Counted from the first letter of the stretch, positions 49,885-63,576 are shown. The stretch is DNA of 64,000 nucleotides from Eledone cirrhosa (GCA_964016885.1 OZ024741.1:125798001-125862000), one strand, 5' to 3'. A program made the numbers and translations. Notes: generated from the letters alone by a model not told the origin.

Positions 49885-51717
49885 ATGGCGGAAAAGATGG
49901 CAGACATGTCTGCCATTAGTTCTGCCACATCCCCCAAGTCTGAAGAACAAAAAATAATTACACCAAAATTAGACATTGAAACAAACAAACAAAATGAAAA
50001 AACAAATGTTAAGGAAAATGAGCAAACAGAAAACAAACAAACAGAAAATAATACAAATAACGACAGGGCAACTTTCGCCCAGAAAACAAAACAATCCATT
50101 ACATACACACCAATTGACCTAACTGCCGCCAGAGAAAAACTGGCAGAAGCAAAGAAACACATTGTTTTGGGGGAGAACGGAATGTTTTCCATTAACTCCC
50201 CCCCAGAATTCAAGAAAGCCAGAGCAGAAAACACAGTTCTCTACAGAACTATACTGAACCAGACAAGAAAGCCAGCACAGCCCAGCCAAATGGAAATAGA
50301 GTTAGTCCTAAAAGACTATATGAAGAATATTCTCTTCATACGAAAGGACCGACTCTATGGCAGCATTTCGGTCCTAACAAGAGACAAAGAAACGGCGGAG
50401 AAGCTTTCCCTAAGCCCACTCTCGTCGACAACATATAGCTTCTATCCCTCCTACATGGGTAGAAGAACACAGAGAGTAAAAGTAAAAACAATGCTGCCCA
50501 CAATGGACTTCTGGTGGGCTATTGCTGGCTTCATTGATATGGGCGAAGACACAATGCTGTCAATGGGGAAGGCAACTGGAGATGCGTTCCTGGGAATGGG
50601 CCTCGACATACTAGTCCAAATGAGGCCCGAAAGAATAGCACAAATCCCGGATCGCATCTGGCTGGATGACCTTACCCCAATAGACATAATTGTAGAGGGG
50701 AGAAGACCAGCATGCTATTTATGCATGGAAAGGGGACACGTTAAGGCTAACTGCCCGAAACGTATCCCCCAAAAAGGACTATTGCCCACACCCACCACAA
50801 ACAGTACACCAAAACCACCCACCTCCAAAAATACACTAATACCACACACAGCAAACAAAATACAGACACCACCAACCACAAACACAACACAAACATCACC
50901 ACCACCAGCACCAAACACAAGCACGACACAAAAATCACCACCACCAACCACAACACAAACATCACCACCACCATCACCAACCACAAGCACGACACAAACA
51001 TTACCACCACCACCACAAAACCCATTCCAAACAAATAATAAAAAAAACAGTAACAAATCTACCCCTCCCGCAAAAAAAAAACAACCACACAACACGTCCC
51101 TCCCACCTAGCGCTGAAGAGTTTCCCCCAACTTCTGAAGAAGAAGGAGGAGAAGCCTTCAGACAAGTTAAAAGAAAAAAAAGAAAACACACACCCAGCAC
51201 ACCACAAATAACCCACACACAAACACCAACTCCAATCAAAAACACCCCACCCTCAACAAACAAAAATAAATCTGCGCCTCCCCTCTCCGAAACATTGACA
51301 GCATCACAAAAAAAGACGTTGCAATACACATATATAAATAAAGAAAACAAAAAACTGGTTAAATTAATAAACAATAACCCTATGGTGCAGACCGAAGGGC
51401 CAAACTTTATCTCAACAGAGAACTTCACCCATTTAAAAATGATAAAGGTCCCTCTGGACCTTTATCGTTCCTTAAAAGAACAATTTAGACGGGACGTGAG
51501 CCCCCCCTGTTTAAAACCGTTGAATCGCGTCCTCTTGAAAGATTTCCCCATAACCGCCCCTCTCCCTGACACAACTCCAAATACCCCAACCCCACCACAC
51601 ACGTGTACCCCCACACCACCACAAAACATCCCTCCACCCAACACACCTGATGCCATGGAAATTACGCAACCCGGAGAGGTAAGTGCTTTTCTTTCTTCAC
51701 TTTCAACACCAAAATAG
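49885..51717 (+). CDS. LINE ORF1 protein with a CCHC zinc knuckle and P/T-rich tail
   Basis: Open from ATG 49885; CYLCMERGHVKANC. Confidence 0.88.
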   Translation: MAEKMADMSAISSATSPKSEEQKIITPKLDIETNKQNEKTNVKENEQTENKQTENNTNNDRATFAQKTKQSITYTPIDLTAAREKLAEAKKHIVLGENGMFSINSPPEFKKARAENTVLYRTILNQTRKPAQPSQMEIELVLKDYMKNILFIRKDRLYGSISVLTRDKETAEKLSLSPLSSTTYSFYPSYMGRRTQRVKVKTMLPTMDFWWAIAGFIDMGEDTMLSMGKATGDAFLGMGLDILVQMRPERIAQIPDRIWLDDLTPIDIIVEGRRPACYLCMERGHVKANCPKRIPQKGLLPTPTTNSTPKPPTSKNTLIPHTANKIQTPPTTNTTQTSPPPAPNTSTTQKSPPPTTTQTSPPPSPTTSTTQTLPPPPQNPFQTNNKKNSNKSTPPAKKKQPHNTSLPPSAEEFPPTSEEEGGEAFRQVKRKKRKHTPSTPQITHTQTPTPIKNTPPSTNKNKSAPPLSETLTASQKKTLQYTYINKENKKLVKLINNNPMVQTEGPNFISTENFTHLKMIKVPLDLYRSLKEQFRRDVSPPCLKPLNRVLLKDFPITAPLPDTTPNTPTPPHTCTPTPPQNIPPPNTPDAMEITQPGEVSAFLSSLSTPK

Positions 51718-51722
51718 ATCAA

Positions 51723-54700
51723 TTGAGAGTTGGCTGTTTGAACGCGCGTGGCCTGGGCTCAGCTTGGAAGCAAGCAAAGCTTCTAAGTGACCTCAGGTCA
51801 CAAAGTATAGATGTGATGGTTGTTTGCGAGAGTCGGATCAGCAGCGTGAGACAGCTGGCGCCCGCCTTCGATGACTTTGAGATGCACGCATCTCTCTGTC
51901 AACCCGGAGGCGGGGGGGGGGGGAGTTGCCGTACTGCTGGATAAACGTCTGACTCTCGACGTACAGATTGTTCACTCGGACCCGGGGGGTCGATTACTGG
52001 TGCTGGACGTCGGAGGCGGTGAAGGCGGGGCTTTCAGACAGGTCGGTCTTTATGCTCCCTTCGGGGCGGAAAGAGCCGACTTCTTCCAGCGTCTGGAGAC
52101 TTTTCTAGGAACGTCGCGTTCCCTGCTTTTAGTGGGGGACTGGAATGGAATCCTAGATGCGCGTTGGGACTATGCAGGGGCATGTCCCGATAGAGGGGGG
52201 TGTAGCAGCCTCAAGGGGTTACTCGATCGATTCGACCTGGTCGATAGATTTCGACTAGATTGTCCAACTGCGCCAACCTGGACCTGGGCAAACCGCAGTG
52301 GACAATCTAGATCGTACCTAGATAGGTTTTTGGTTAGGAGTAAGGATAGGGACGTATTTAGTTGTCCAGAACTGATCATGGTTGGCTATTCAGATCACAA
52401 ATTAGTGACCTGCGTGGTCAACCTTGATAGAACGCATAGACAGGGTCCCGGTTACTGGAAGATGAACTTGTCCTTACCGACAAAGAAAGATTACAGAAAC
52501 CGGATTAGTAGCTTAGTTAAGATGCGGTTGACGGGAGCGATCGTCAACAGTAGGTGGTGGATATCTCTAAAGAGAGAGATTAGAGTAAGTTCGATAGGTT
52601 ACAGTAAGGAACTAGCGGCGAATAGAAATAGGAGGGAAAGGGAGTTAACAGATAAACTAGAAGAGGCGATTAGGAGCGGAGACGTAGCCAGAGTGTTAGC
52701 GACGAGAACGGCATTGAGCCAGTTCTTTGACGCGAAGCACGAAGGCTGCGTTGTCCGAAGTAAAATACGTGCTTTAGGAAACGAGGGGACCAAAGCTGTT
52801 AGCTGGGCCCGCGTGACAGAAGCCAAGAGTGGGATTAAATCCACCATTCGGTCTTTGCGAGACCAGGATGGACGGGTGATCCTTGAACCTGAGCGAATGT
52901 GCGAGACCTTTCAAAGGCACTTTGCTCGACTGTTCGGAGGTGGCGGGGGGCCGGACGGGGATGTGGACTTCGGTCCATACCTCGACGGTCTACCGCGTCT
53001 TTCGAGCGGCGAAGCGGAGTGCTGCGAAAGGCCAATCACAGCCACTGAAATCGGGGAAGCGCTCAGCCAATGCAGCAGACGCAAATCCCCGGGTCTCGAT
53101 GGTCTACCATACGAACTTTATTTAGCTATGCCGGTCTTGTTCTCCGAACTCCTCGAGGCTGTCTATTGCAACTGGCAACAGAACGGGAGAATTCCCTGTT
53201 CTGTGACCAAGGGCGTGGTCACGCTAGTGAGGAAGGACGAGAGCAAGGGGGACGACTTAAGTAACTTTAGGCCCATAACTCTGCTGAATGCAGAGTTACA
53301 GATTTTGGCCAAGGTGTTGGCGAAGAGGTTGGCGCTTGTGATGGGTGGTTTGGTGGGAGACGCGCAGACATGCGCTATCCCGTCCAGGTCCATTCACGAC
53401 AACCTCCACCTCATGCGATACATCATAGAGAGGGTTGGCTACGAACCCGGCTTTGGTGGGGCCCTGATCAACTTGGATCAATCTAAGGCGTTCGATAGGG
53501 TCGACCATGGTTACCTGGATGCGGCGCTAGCGGCGGCGGGCTTCGGACCCGTTTTCAGGGGCTGGATTTCTGCCATGCACAGTGGCAACATCTACTCTAG
53601 GATTAAAGTAAACGGCTACCTCTCGGAGCCGTTTCAAATCACCCGATCCATCAGACAGGGGTGCCCCCTCTCCTCCCTTCTGTACGTATTGACTCTCGAG
53701 TCACTGCTGCGGAAGTTGGAGTTGCTGCGGGGCATACCCCTGGAACCGGGATTGCACAAAGCGGTCTCGGCCTATGCCGACGACGTAACAGTAATGGTGG
53801 CGGACGCCTCGGAAATCGGGGCGATCGCCACCCTACTGGAGGAATACGAAAGGCTGACGGGGGCTAAGCTGAACCAGGACAAGTCAGTCGGTTTGCAACT
53901 CGGAACGTGGAGGGGCAAACCGATGCCGTTAGACGGTGCCGTCGGGCGGTGGACGGAGGGCCCGGTGAAGCTGCTCGGGGTCTGGTTCGGACCGGACCTC
54001 CAGGTGGAGAAGAATTGGGGCGAGGTGACGAGCAGGGTGTTTGCGCTGACCCAGAAGTGGGCCAAGTGCAAACTATCACTGAAAGGTCGGGCGGAGGTGA
54101 CGAACGCTTACATAGCGTCCGTCATCTACTACCGCCTGACCGTCGTGCCTTGCCCCAAGGAAAAGCTCACCATCATGGAACGCATGCTCTTCCAGTTCCT
54201 CTGGAAGAAGCGGCCTCCCATGGTGAGGAGATCCATCTGCTGCCAGCACCCTTCGAAAGGAGGGCTGGGTATGCCGTGGCTGTTGATGCGTAGGCACGCA
54301 TTGAGGCTACGGCATCTACAGGTATTCCTCAACGGTCAGCCGGTGTGGGCCCCGTTTGTGAGGCGAGCCTTCCCACAGCTCGTCTCGCTCACCGAACTGC
54401 AATCCTGGGTGAAGCAAAGACCGAGAAAACTGGGCAACTGGCACACCGAGTGTGCCCAGGCGCTCACGGCTATCTGGCAAGCGGACCCGACTGTCAGTGG
54501 AGAATCCACCTCGACATTCTATAGAGGGTTGGTGGCTAGCAGGGGCGACGACACCCTTGGAGAGTCGCTAGGCATGGAGGAGGACGAACTGGCCAGCCTG
54601 TTCGGTAGAACTTTCGGCCCGGGACCCATGGACAACTTCCAGAGGTCCCTAGCCTGGCAGTGTTACCGGGGGGCTCTGCCCGTTCGAGAAAAGCTCTACA

Positions 54701-55155
54701 GACACGGGCGCCCGGGCAGGGATCCCGCGAAAAAGATCTGTCCCAGATGCGTGCGCGACGAGGAAACCGTTGCGCATGCACTGGTACACTGCCCGGGCGT
54801 TGCCGATCTGTGGGGCTACGTCGAACGACTGCTGTCGCGTGTGGCGCCGATTCGATTAACCGCCGAGTCTGTGGTGAACATCAAGCCACCTCCTCCCTTC
54901 AGAAATGAAGCAGAGGCGGTCTTTCTGTGCGTAATAGCCATGATGAAAGAGGTTGTGTGGTGGACGCGCCTGAAAGGTCTGAGGTCGGGTGACTTTCTCT
55001 CCGGCCATCACCTGGTTTACTTCTTCCGATACCACTTCGGAAGAAGAATCAGGATGGAGAGAGAAGTGCTTGGTCCCAGACAGTTTTATGAAAGGTGGGT
55101 GAAAGAAGCGAGAATGGCCCGTGTAAATGGGCCTTCTCTCTACATTGTTCTGTAG
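51723..55155 (+). CDS. LINE ORF2 (APE endonuclease, RT, C-terminal zinc finger); single frameshift in G12 at 51912-51923
   Basis: CLNARGL, GDWN, YLDRF, SDH; KSPGLDG, FRPITLLN, KAFDRV, RQGCPLS, YADD; CPRC..ET..H...HC. Confidence 0.92.
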
Positions 55156-55421
55156 GTGAAGAAGTGAAGAGGAAAGGGGGAGCGCCTCCTCTCTGGGCTT
55201 CCCCCGCGAAAAGAGTTGCACACTTTTCGGGGGTATGTGCAATCCCCAACACGCCCCCTCCCTTTTGAGGACTTTTTATTGTTATATTATTATTGTTATT
55301 CCTTTTTTCTTTACTCGATTTATGTAAACTCCCCCACTGTGTAAATGTCCCCTTCTTTTGTGCCCTCGTGGCAAATAAATAGAAATTTATCTATCTATCT
55401 ATCTATTTATCTATCTCTCTC

Positions 55422-55455
<34 letters not shown>

Positions 55456-58400
55456 CATTTCCACCCCGCCAGAGACCACCACCCGACCAAACAACCCCTC
55501 CAACACCCCATGGAAATTGTGAAGCCTGGTCCCCAGGAGACGATGAGGTGAGCGATTTCTTTTCCTCTTCTTTTAATTGTTTAGCACCAACATGGCCAAT
55601 ATAAGAGTTGGATGTGTGAATGTACGCGGCCTTGGGATGCCCTGGAAACAGGGTAAACTCTTAAACGACCTCAGGTCGCACAGTATGGATGTAGTAGCCA
55701 TTTGCGAGTCCAGGATCCACAGCGAGCGACAACTGGCCCCCATCTTCGACGACTTTGAGATCTACGCATCTCTCTGTTAGCCGGGAGGTGGGGGTGGCGT
55801 TGCCGTTTGGCTGCGGAAACACCTGGAGCTCGTAACACAGACGGTACATCTAGACCCGGAGGATCGACTGGTGGTCCTAGACGCTGACGGTAGTGAAGGT
55901 GGAGCCTTCAGGCTGGTGGCCGCATATGCCCCATCCGGGACACCGCGGCCAGACTTCTTCAAACGTCTAGAGACTTTTCTGGGAACGTCTCTCTCCCTGC
56001 TGTTAGTGGGGGACTGGAATGGAATCCTAGATGCACGTTGGGACTATGTGGGAGCATGTCCCGATAGAGGGGGGTGTAACAGCCTCAAACAGTTAATCGG
56101 CCGATTTGACCTGGCCGATAGATATCGACTAGATTTTCCGACTGCGCCACTGTAGACGTGGACTAATCGTAGCGGAACATCTAGATCGTACCTAGATAGG
56201 GTTCTAGTTAGAAAGAAGGATAGGGACATGTTAAGCTGTCCACAAATGTTCGTGGGTGCCTATTCAGATTACAAATTAGTGACCTGCTTAGTCAACCTTG
56301 ACAAAACCCATAGACAAAGACCCGGCTACTGGAAGCTGAACTTGTCGTTACCGACATGCAAAGCCTACAGTAGACGGATTAGCACTTTAGTTAAGCAGTA
56401 CTTGACGGAGGCCATTGTCAACAACAGATGGTGGTACTCTCTCAAGAGGGCAGTTAGATTAGACTCGATAGGTTTTAGTAAAGAATTAGTGTTAGATAGA
56501 AATAAGACCGAAAAGGAACAGGTAGATAAAGTAGAAGAGGCACTTAGGAGTGGCAACGTAGCCAGCGTGCTAGCGACGAGACCGGCCTTGGACCAGTTCT
56601 TCGACACAAAGCATGAAGGCTGCGTTGTCAGAAGCAAAATACGTGCTCTGGGAAACGAGGGAGCCAAAGCTGTTAGCTGAGTCCGAGTGACGGAGGCGAA
56701 AAGTGGCAACAAGTCCACGATTCGGTCTTTGAAGGACCAAGACGGATGCGTGATACGTGAGCCGAAGCAGATGTGCGCGGCCTTTCAGCGGCACTTTGCT
56801 CAACTGTTTGGGCAGGGCGGCGCGCCGGTAGGGGCTATGGATTTCGGTCCATACCTCGACGGCCTACCGCGACTCTCGGACAGCGAGGCGAAGTTCTGCG
56901 AAAGGCCGATTTCGGCCGCTGAGATAGGGGACGCGCTGAGCCAATGCGGCAAACGCAAATCTCCAGGTCTCGACGGTCTACCCTACGAATGTTACGTAGC
57001 AATGCCGGACTTGTTCTCCGGTCTCCTGGAAGCGGTCTACTGCAACTGGCAGCAGAACGGGAGAATTCCCAGTTCTGTGACCAAGGGCGTAATCACGTTA
57101 GTCAGGAAGGACGAGAACAAGGGGGAAAACATAGGCAACTTCCGGCTATAACTCTGCTCAACACAGAGTTACAGATTTTGGCCAAGATGTTGGCAAAGAG
57201 GCTGGCGCTTGTCGTCGAAAACCTGGTGGGAGAAGCGCAGACATGCGCAATCCCGACCAGGTCTATACACGACAACCTCCACCTCATGCGATACATCATA
57301 GAGAGGGTAGGGTGTAAACCCGGCTTCGGTGGGGCCCTGATCAACTTGGATCAGTCTAAGGCTTTCGATAGCGTTGACCATCGTTATCTGGACGGTGCTC
57401 AAGGGTCAAGGTGAACGGCTACCTCTCGGAGCCATTCCATATCACGCGATCCATCCGACAGGGATGCCTTCTCTCCTCCCTTCTGTACATACTGATTCTC
57501 GAGCCACTACTGCGGAAGTTGGAGCTATTGCCGACGACGTGACAGTAATGGTGTCGAGCACCTCGCAAATAGGGGAAGTCGGCACCTTACTGGAGGAATA
57601 CGAAAGGTTCACAGGAGCGAAGCTGAACCGGGACAAATCCGTCGGTTTGCAACTCGGAACGTGGAGAGGCAAACCGATGCCTTCCGATGGCGTCGTCGGA
57701 CGCTGGACGGAAGGACCGGTAGAGCTGCTCGGGGTCTGGTTTGGTCCGGACCTCCAGGTGGAGAAGAACTGGAACGAGGTAACGGCCAAGGTGTTTGCAC
57801 TCACCCAGAAGTGGGCCGAGTGCAAACTATCCTTGAAAAGTCGAGCGGAGGTGGCGAACACTTTTATAGCGTCCGTCATCTACTACCGCTTGACCGTCGT
57901 GCCTTGTCCAGCCAAAACGCTCACCAAAATGGAGCGCGCGCTCTTCCAATTCCTTTGGAAGAAACGGGCTCCTTTGGTGAGAAGATCCATCTGCTGCCAA
58001 CACCCTTCAAACGGAGGGCTGGGGTTGCCGTGGCTGACGATGCGCAAACACGCGCTCAGGCTGCGGCACCTCCACGTATTCCTCACCAGACAACCGGTGT
58101 GGGCCCCGTTCGTGAGGCGAGCCTTCCCACGACTCGTCTCGCTGACCGAGCTGCAGTCCTGGGTCAAGCAAAGACCGAGGAAAATGGGCGACTGGCACAT
58201 CGAATGTGCTCAGGCGCTCACAGTCCTCTGGCAAACGAACCCAGCGATCAGTGGAGACTCCACTTCGACATTCTATAGAGGGTTGGTCCGCAGCAAGTGC
58301 GACGACACGCTAGGAGAAACTCTAGGCGTAGAGGAGGACGAACTGCCAGTCTGTTCGGTAGGACCTTCCGCCCGGGACCAATGGACAACTTCCAAAAGTC

Positions 58401-59140
58401 CCTGGCCTGGCAGTGCTACCGAAAAGCTCTATCAGTTCGAGACAAGCTCTACAGACACGGGCGCCCGGGTAGGGACCCTTCGAAAAAGATCTGTCCGAGA
58501 TGCGTGCGCGACGAGGAAACCGTCGCGCACGCATTTGTACACTGCCCGGGCGTTACCGACCTGTGGGCTATGTAGAACGACTATTGTCGCGGGTGGGACC
58601 AATCCGGTTGACCACCGAGTCCATTGTCATGATCAAACCGCCACCCTCCTTCAAAAACGAGGGAGAGGCGGTTTTCCTATGTGTTATGGCTATGGTGAAA
58701 GAGGTTATATGGTGGACGAGGTTAAAAGGGCTGAGGTCAGACACCTTTCTCTCCGGCGAGCAACTGATTCGTTTTTTCAAATATTATTTTGGAAGAAGAA
58801 TCAGGATGGAGAGAGAGGTGCTGTACCCCAGAACATTTTATAAAAGGTGGGTGAATGTGGCAAAAATGGCCCGAGTGGTTGGGCCTTCTCTCTATATAAA
58901 CCTGTAGGTTGAGGAAAAAGAGGAAGAGAGGAAAGGAGTACTCACTCTTGGTTCTCCTGGAGATGAGGGTTGTACATTTTTTCGGTTTGTGTACAACCCC
59001 TGTGTAACACCTCCCCTCTATTGGGGATATCAATTGTTATTTGTTATTTTATTAATAGTTTTATTTTCATATACCTGTATGTAAACTCCCCATTTGTATT
59101 TGTTCCCTTCTTTTGTGCCCTTGTGGCTAATAAAGAAATT
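55456..59140 (+). pseudogene. Second, 5'-truncated and disabled Tx1/L1 copy (sister subfamily) followed by (CTAT)n
   Basis: ORF1 tail plus ORF2 from ATG 55592, with stops, frameshifts and deletions near 57400 and 57525; AATAAA at 59129. Confidence 0.92.
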
Positions 59141-59206
59141 TATCTATCTATTTATCTATCTGTCTATATCTATCTATCTATCCATCTATCTACCTACCTA
59201 AATATA

Positions 59207-59320
59207 TGTGGCTGAGTGGTTAGAGAATTGGATTCGCAATCGTAAGGTTGTGAGTTCGATTCCTGGACCAGGCGATGCGTTATGTCCTTGAGCAAGACAC
59301 TTTATTTCACGTTGCTCCTT
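59207..59320 (+). mobile_element. tRNA-head CORE-like SINE (family B)
   Basis: TGGCTGAGTGG A-box, GAGTTCGATTCC B-box, tgtccttgagcaagacact. Confidence 0.8.
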
Positions 59321-59416
59321 ATACCTGGAGTTGCGACCGATAGATAGTATTAGCAATTGGAAAGACCAACGGAAACATTGTTCCCTCGGTCCGATTTGAC
59401 GAAAGTCGATCGTTCC

Positions 59417-59458
<42 letters not shown>

Positions 59459-59509
59459 CTGTTGGTTTTAAAGTATAAAAGAACACAAACTGCAGAAGTG
59501 TTAATATAT

Positions 59510-59680
59510 AATTGTTTCTACTTATGGCACAAGGCCAGCAATTACCCAGTACATTACTGGTACTTTATTTTATCGACCCCGTAAGGATGAAAGGCAAAGT
59601 TAACCTCGACAGGATTTGAACTCAGACCGTAATGGGACGTAACTATGCTAGAAAGCATGGCGTCCAACCCTCTACCGATA
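59510..59680 (-). mobile_element. SINE family A
   Basis: Reverse core. Confidence 0.9.
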
Positions 59681-60507
59681 ACGTATGCAAGTATTTTGTT
59701 AACTACATTCAGGCTAAAGAAGAAACATAGAACATAAAACATTTTTGTTGGTGGGGAAGAAGAGAAAGAGAAAGTGGCGATCTTCATTAACAGTAACTTT
59801 ATACATGGTTACACCATTCACAAAAACTTTATATGTACATACATCAAGAGTGATAAAAATCTCTTTTTAAAAGTCATACCTATAAAACTATGCACCATTG
59901 TGTAGCTGGTTATTTAAATATATGCGTATTTAATCACTGCAAATATTAGCAAGACTTTTCAGAATTTTGTCAAAGAACTGTAAACAGTGCTGTGACTTAT
60001 GTAATTCTAGAAAATCACGGAGTCCTTCAGTTATGTTGATATATGAGATCCATCGATTGTTATTCTAAACACAGGTAAACCATTATACCTTAGCGTTTCA
60101 CGTGTGACATTTCCAAACTACTTGCATGCTGATTCCAAATACACAGCATATACAATCATAATAGCTTCTCTGTGTAGAAATTTAAAGATCAACTGACTGT
60201 TTATTCTCAAGTGACACAAAAGCTGTTCTCTGCGTCGACAATAAATATATTTTACAGTTTTTAAAAAAAATGTTTGTGGACGTTACCTACAAGGTGAAAA
60301 GTGTATTAAACATGCATTATCAATAAAATTTGAACATGTTAACGGTGGCTTCTGTTAGCAAATGGCAATTCAGTTCAATGAGAAGGTGAAGTATGTTAAT
60401 ATGCCGTGAGGGCAAGAAACTTCTGACCTTCATTTGGTGTCTTTCATTTTAAACGAATAACTCTTCCTGTGATGTTACCTACACATGCTTCTCAAAACAC
60501 ACTAAGC

Positions 60508-60835
60508 AGTGAACTGGCAGAGTCGTGAGACGGTTGGATAGAATGCTTTGTTGTATCCGTTCCGGTTCTCTGCGCTCTGAGTTTAAATCCCGTCGAGGTC
60601 AACTTTGCCTTTCATTTTTCTGAAGTCGATAAATGAAGTACCAGTCCAGTACTGGGATCAACTTTTCTTCTATATTTCTTTCCCCACTTCTCTCTCTCGT
60701 TCTGCCTCTCCGGAATATACCAGCTGCGTTCAGACTTGGTGAGAGATGGGCTCAGCCAGGTTTAAATGCTAGAGACAAGCCGCGTGCCACAACAGCGCTT
60801 CTGCAACTCTACCATGAGCTAAAATCCCATGAGTA
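60508..60835 (+). mobile_element. Family-A-related SINE with extended tail
   Basis: Same organisation as 7490-7822. Confidence 0.8.
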
Positions 60836-60939
60836 GATGGATGAAGTAAAAAAAGAAATGCCTTTCAATGTCAGTTTCATCTCACTTCAATATTATTTGA
60901 AAGTATCATTTCAAGTAAATTGACAGACTTGTTAGAGTT

Positions 60940-61310
60940 AAATAAGATGCAGTGTTTATTTATGTGGTTTCCTCATTGGGTTTGTGAAATGGGTAATGTT
61001 TACCGGCTATAAGCTTTAAAATTATATATAGGAAGTTAGCTATTTTTAGATTTGTGTTAATTGTTTTTTCAAGGTTCGGTTGGTTGAATATGCGAATACA
61101 CTTCTTTCTAATTTTGTCCATCTCATGTCCGATCCTATTATACACAATTCCAAGCCTCTCATCTCTATGTAATCCCATATTCGCCTCTCCTACTTTCTTT
61201 CATAGATTTTATAAAACCTATAGGCCTACTAGTTTTGCTATTTCTATTCCGTTAAAACTCCCCATTGCTATGTCAAAGTATTCTTCGTTTTATTATTCGT
61301 AGGAACGATC
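60940..61310 (-). pseudogene. Decayed Penelope-like RT fragment of a second lineage
   Basis: MGSFNGIEIAKLVGL...GLHRDERL...NLKIANFL...PFHKPN resembles the MGSxDGAE..ELVG / YRDDGL type of PLE RT. Confidence 0.7.
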
Positions 61311-62667
61311 GTAAACTGACAGCGATTTCTAGTAATCTAGTAATACCAATGTCCGGCTCTATGATTGTGGTGAAAGTTCGAGAAAACTCTTTTTATTTCA
61401 TTGTTCTCAAAACATACTCATATGGTGTACAGTTTTTTTCCAGATGGTATTCTGATGTAGTGGAGCTTGTATTTGAGCAACCTGGGATGCTCTTGTGATT
61501 GACCTCTGACCTTACCCACAAAAAACACAACACAATACACACCAAAATTGACTAAAGTTGTAGCTCTCCAAGAAGTACTACCCGGGGTGGACCACAACCT
61601 CGTCTTGCTCTATTTAGGTAGGTTACTGTATTTCTAGAAAGTTAAGCGGTGGTCATATAGACAGAAGTTGCCTGGTTGGCTAACGTCGTCGTCATTGTTG
61701 TTGCTGTTGCAGTCTGTCTGCTTGGCTGTTTATTACAAGAAGAAGAAGAAGAAGAAGAAGAACAACAACAACAGCAACAGCAACAGCAACAGCAACAATA
61801 GCAATAGCAAGCTTTCAACAATGGCATCACTTATAATCTAAAATAATAAATAAGTATAAGATAAAAACAAAACAAGAAACACAAAAGTGCCATGATTTGT
61901 CTACAACTTAAGGGGCTTATCAAACAACGAATCAATGAACATTAGGAATTTCTTGCATATCATTATTATTTTTATTATTTATCATTATTATGATTTTTTT
62001 TTTTTTTTTGTAGCTATGTTATTTTTCCCCGGACAAGCACATTTGCTGGATTTATCGAGTTTTATTGCCTCAAATGATGGAATTATCTCAGTGTTACAAA
62101 ATAAATGAATAAATAAAAATAAAAACATAAAATAAAAATAAAGATAAAGATAAATAAAAATCGATAAAAAAATAAAGACATAGAATAAAGGTAAATAAAA
62201 ATAAATAAATAAATAAAAGAAAGAGGAAAATAATAACAAAATAAAAAATAAAAGTAATAATCTAAAATTAAAAAAAAACAACATCTGTTCATGACTTTCT
62301 GTGTATGGAATCTGTGAATGGTGGAGACAAGCAGATATTTTGTTTGTGGCACGAAACATTCAGATATATTTGTACTGTACTGAGACGGACAGAATTCTTT
62401 CCTGTTTGTTCTAGAAGCTTCCAATCAATCAATACCAATTTAATCTGCATTACTTTTTTCATTATTTGTTAACGAAAAGGGAATCTAATCTAATTATGGT
62501 TTTAGGGTTTGTTAACGCCATTTTGAAACAAGTGAAAAATAAAATATGAAAAATAAAAAATAAAAATAAAACTGGTGAGACGGAAGTAGAAGAAAGATAA
62601 TAGAACATTTCTGTAAATAGTCATGTTCTTCTTGTTTATATAGCCTTATGTTATTGCTGTTGTATGC

Positions 62668-62775
62668 AGGCGCGTAGTTTAGTAGTTAGGGTATTCAACT
62701 CTCGATCGAATGGTCGTGAGTTCGATTTCTGATGACTCTTTGTATAATTGAACCAGTCACTTTATTTCGCGTTAG
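62668..62775 (+). mobile_element. SINE family B, decayed
   Basis: tRNA-like head with gtgagttcgatt, then cactttatttcgcgtt. Confidence 0.6.
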
Positions 62776-62987
62776 CAAAGTTGGTCTCGGCGTGATTTAA
62801 ACTCAGAGTATAAGAAATACTGCAATGCATATGTTTTATGTTTTAATAACTCTGCTAATTCGCCACCTTTCCACGGTGAAAGAGGCTTCGGCAGGGTTTT
62901 AAATCAGAACATAAAGGGCTGTAACGAAACACCCACCACAGTAGGAATTTTGTCCCACAGCTCTATTCTGACAACCCGATATTATTT

Positions 62988-63172
62988 GAGGATTGGTAGT
63001 ATCGGAAAAGGGTCGGACGCCATGGGTTGCCGCACAGAGTTATATCCCTTTACGTTCTGAGTTCAAATTCCGCTGAGATTAACTTTGTCTTTCATCCTTA
63101 CGAGGTTGATAAAATAAAGTACCAGTAATGCACTGGGTAATTGCCTGCCTTGTGCCAAAAGTAGAAACAATT
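62988..63172 (+). mobile_element. SINE family A
   Basis: Full copy similar to 3738-3920. Confidence 0.9.
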
Positions 63173-63516
63173 ATTTGAGAGAGTTTTGGGCTGTTATTTC
63201 TCGCAGTATGACGAACTGTCAATCATCCCATGTTTGTTTTTTTAATAAGAATTATTAATGAATGGTTGAAGGAATAGCTGCCATGTTGAATTCCTAAATG
63301 TAGCAACATATTTATGTAACATTCATATCTTTTGCAACATTATATCACCCATGTCTGTTTGTCTATCAGTCTGTCTGTATGTATGTATGAATATATGTAT
63401 GTATGTGTGTATGTATGCATGCATGTATGCATGTATATATATATATATGTATGCATGCTTGTATGCATGTATGAATGAATATATATATATATATATTATA
63501 AAGAGCCGGTACCCCG

Positions 63517-63576
<60 letters not shown>

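Larger units (their letters stand above)
49682..55388 (+). mobile_element. Apparently full-length Tx1/L1-type LINE bounded by (CTAT)n
   Basis: 5'UTR, ORF1, ORF2, 3'UTR with AATAAA at 55374; (CTAT)n at 49660-49681 and 55388-55455. Confidence 0.92.

Noticed and set aside
59207-59280. tRNA gene
   Set aside because: A/B boxes run into a SINE body and no full cloverleaf forms
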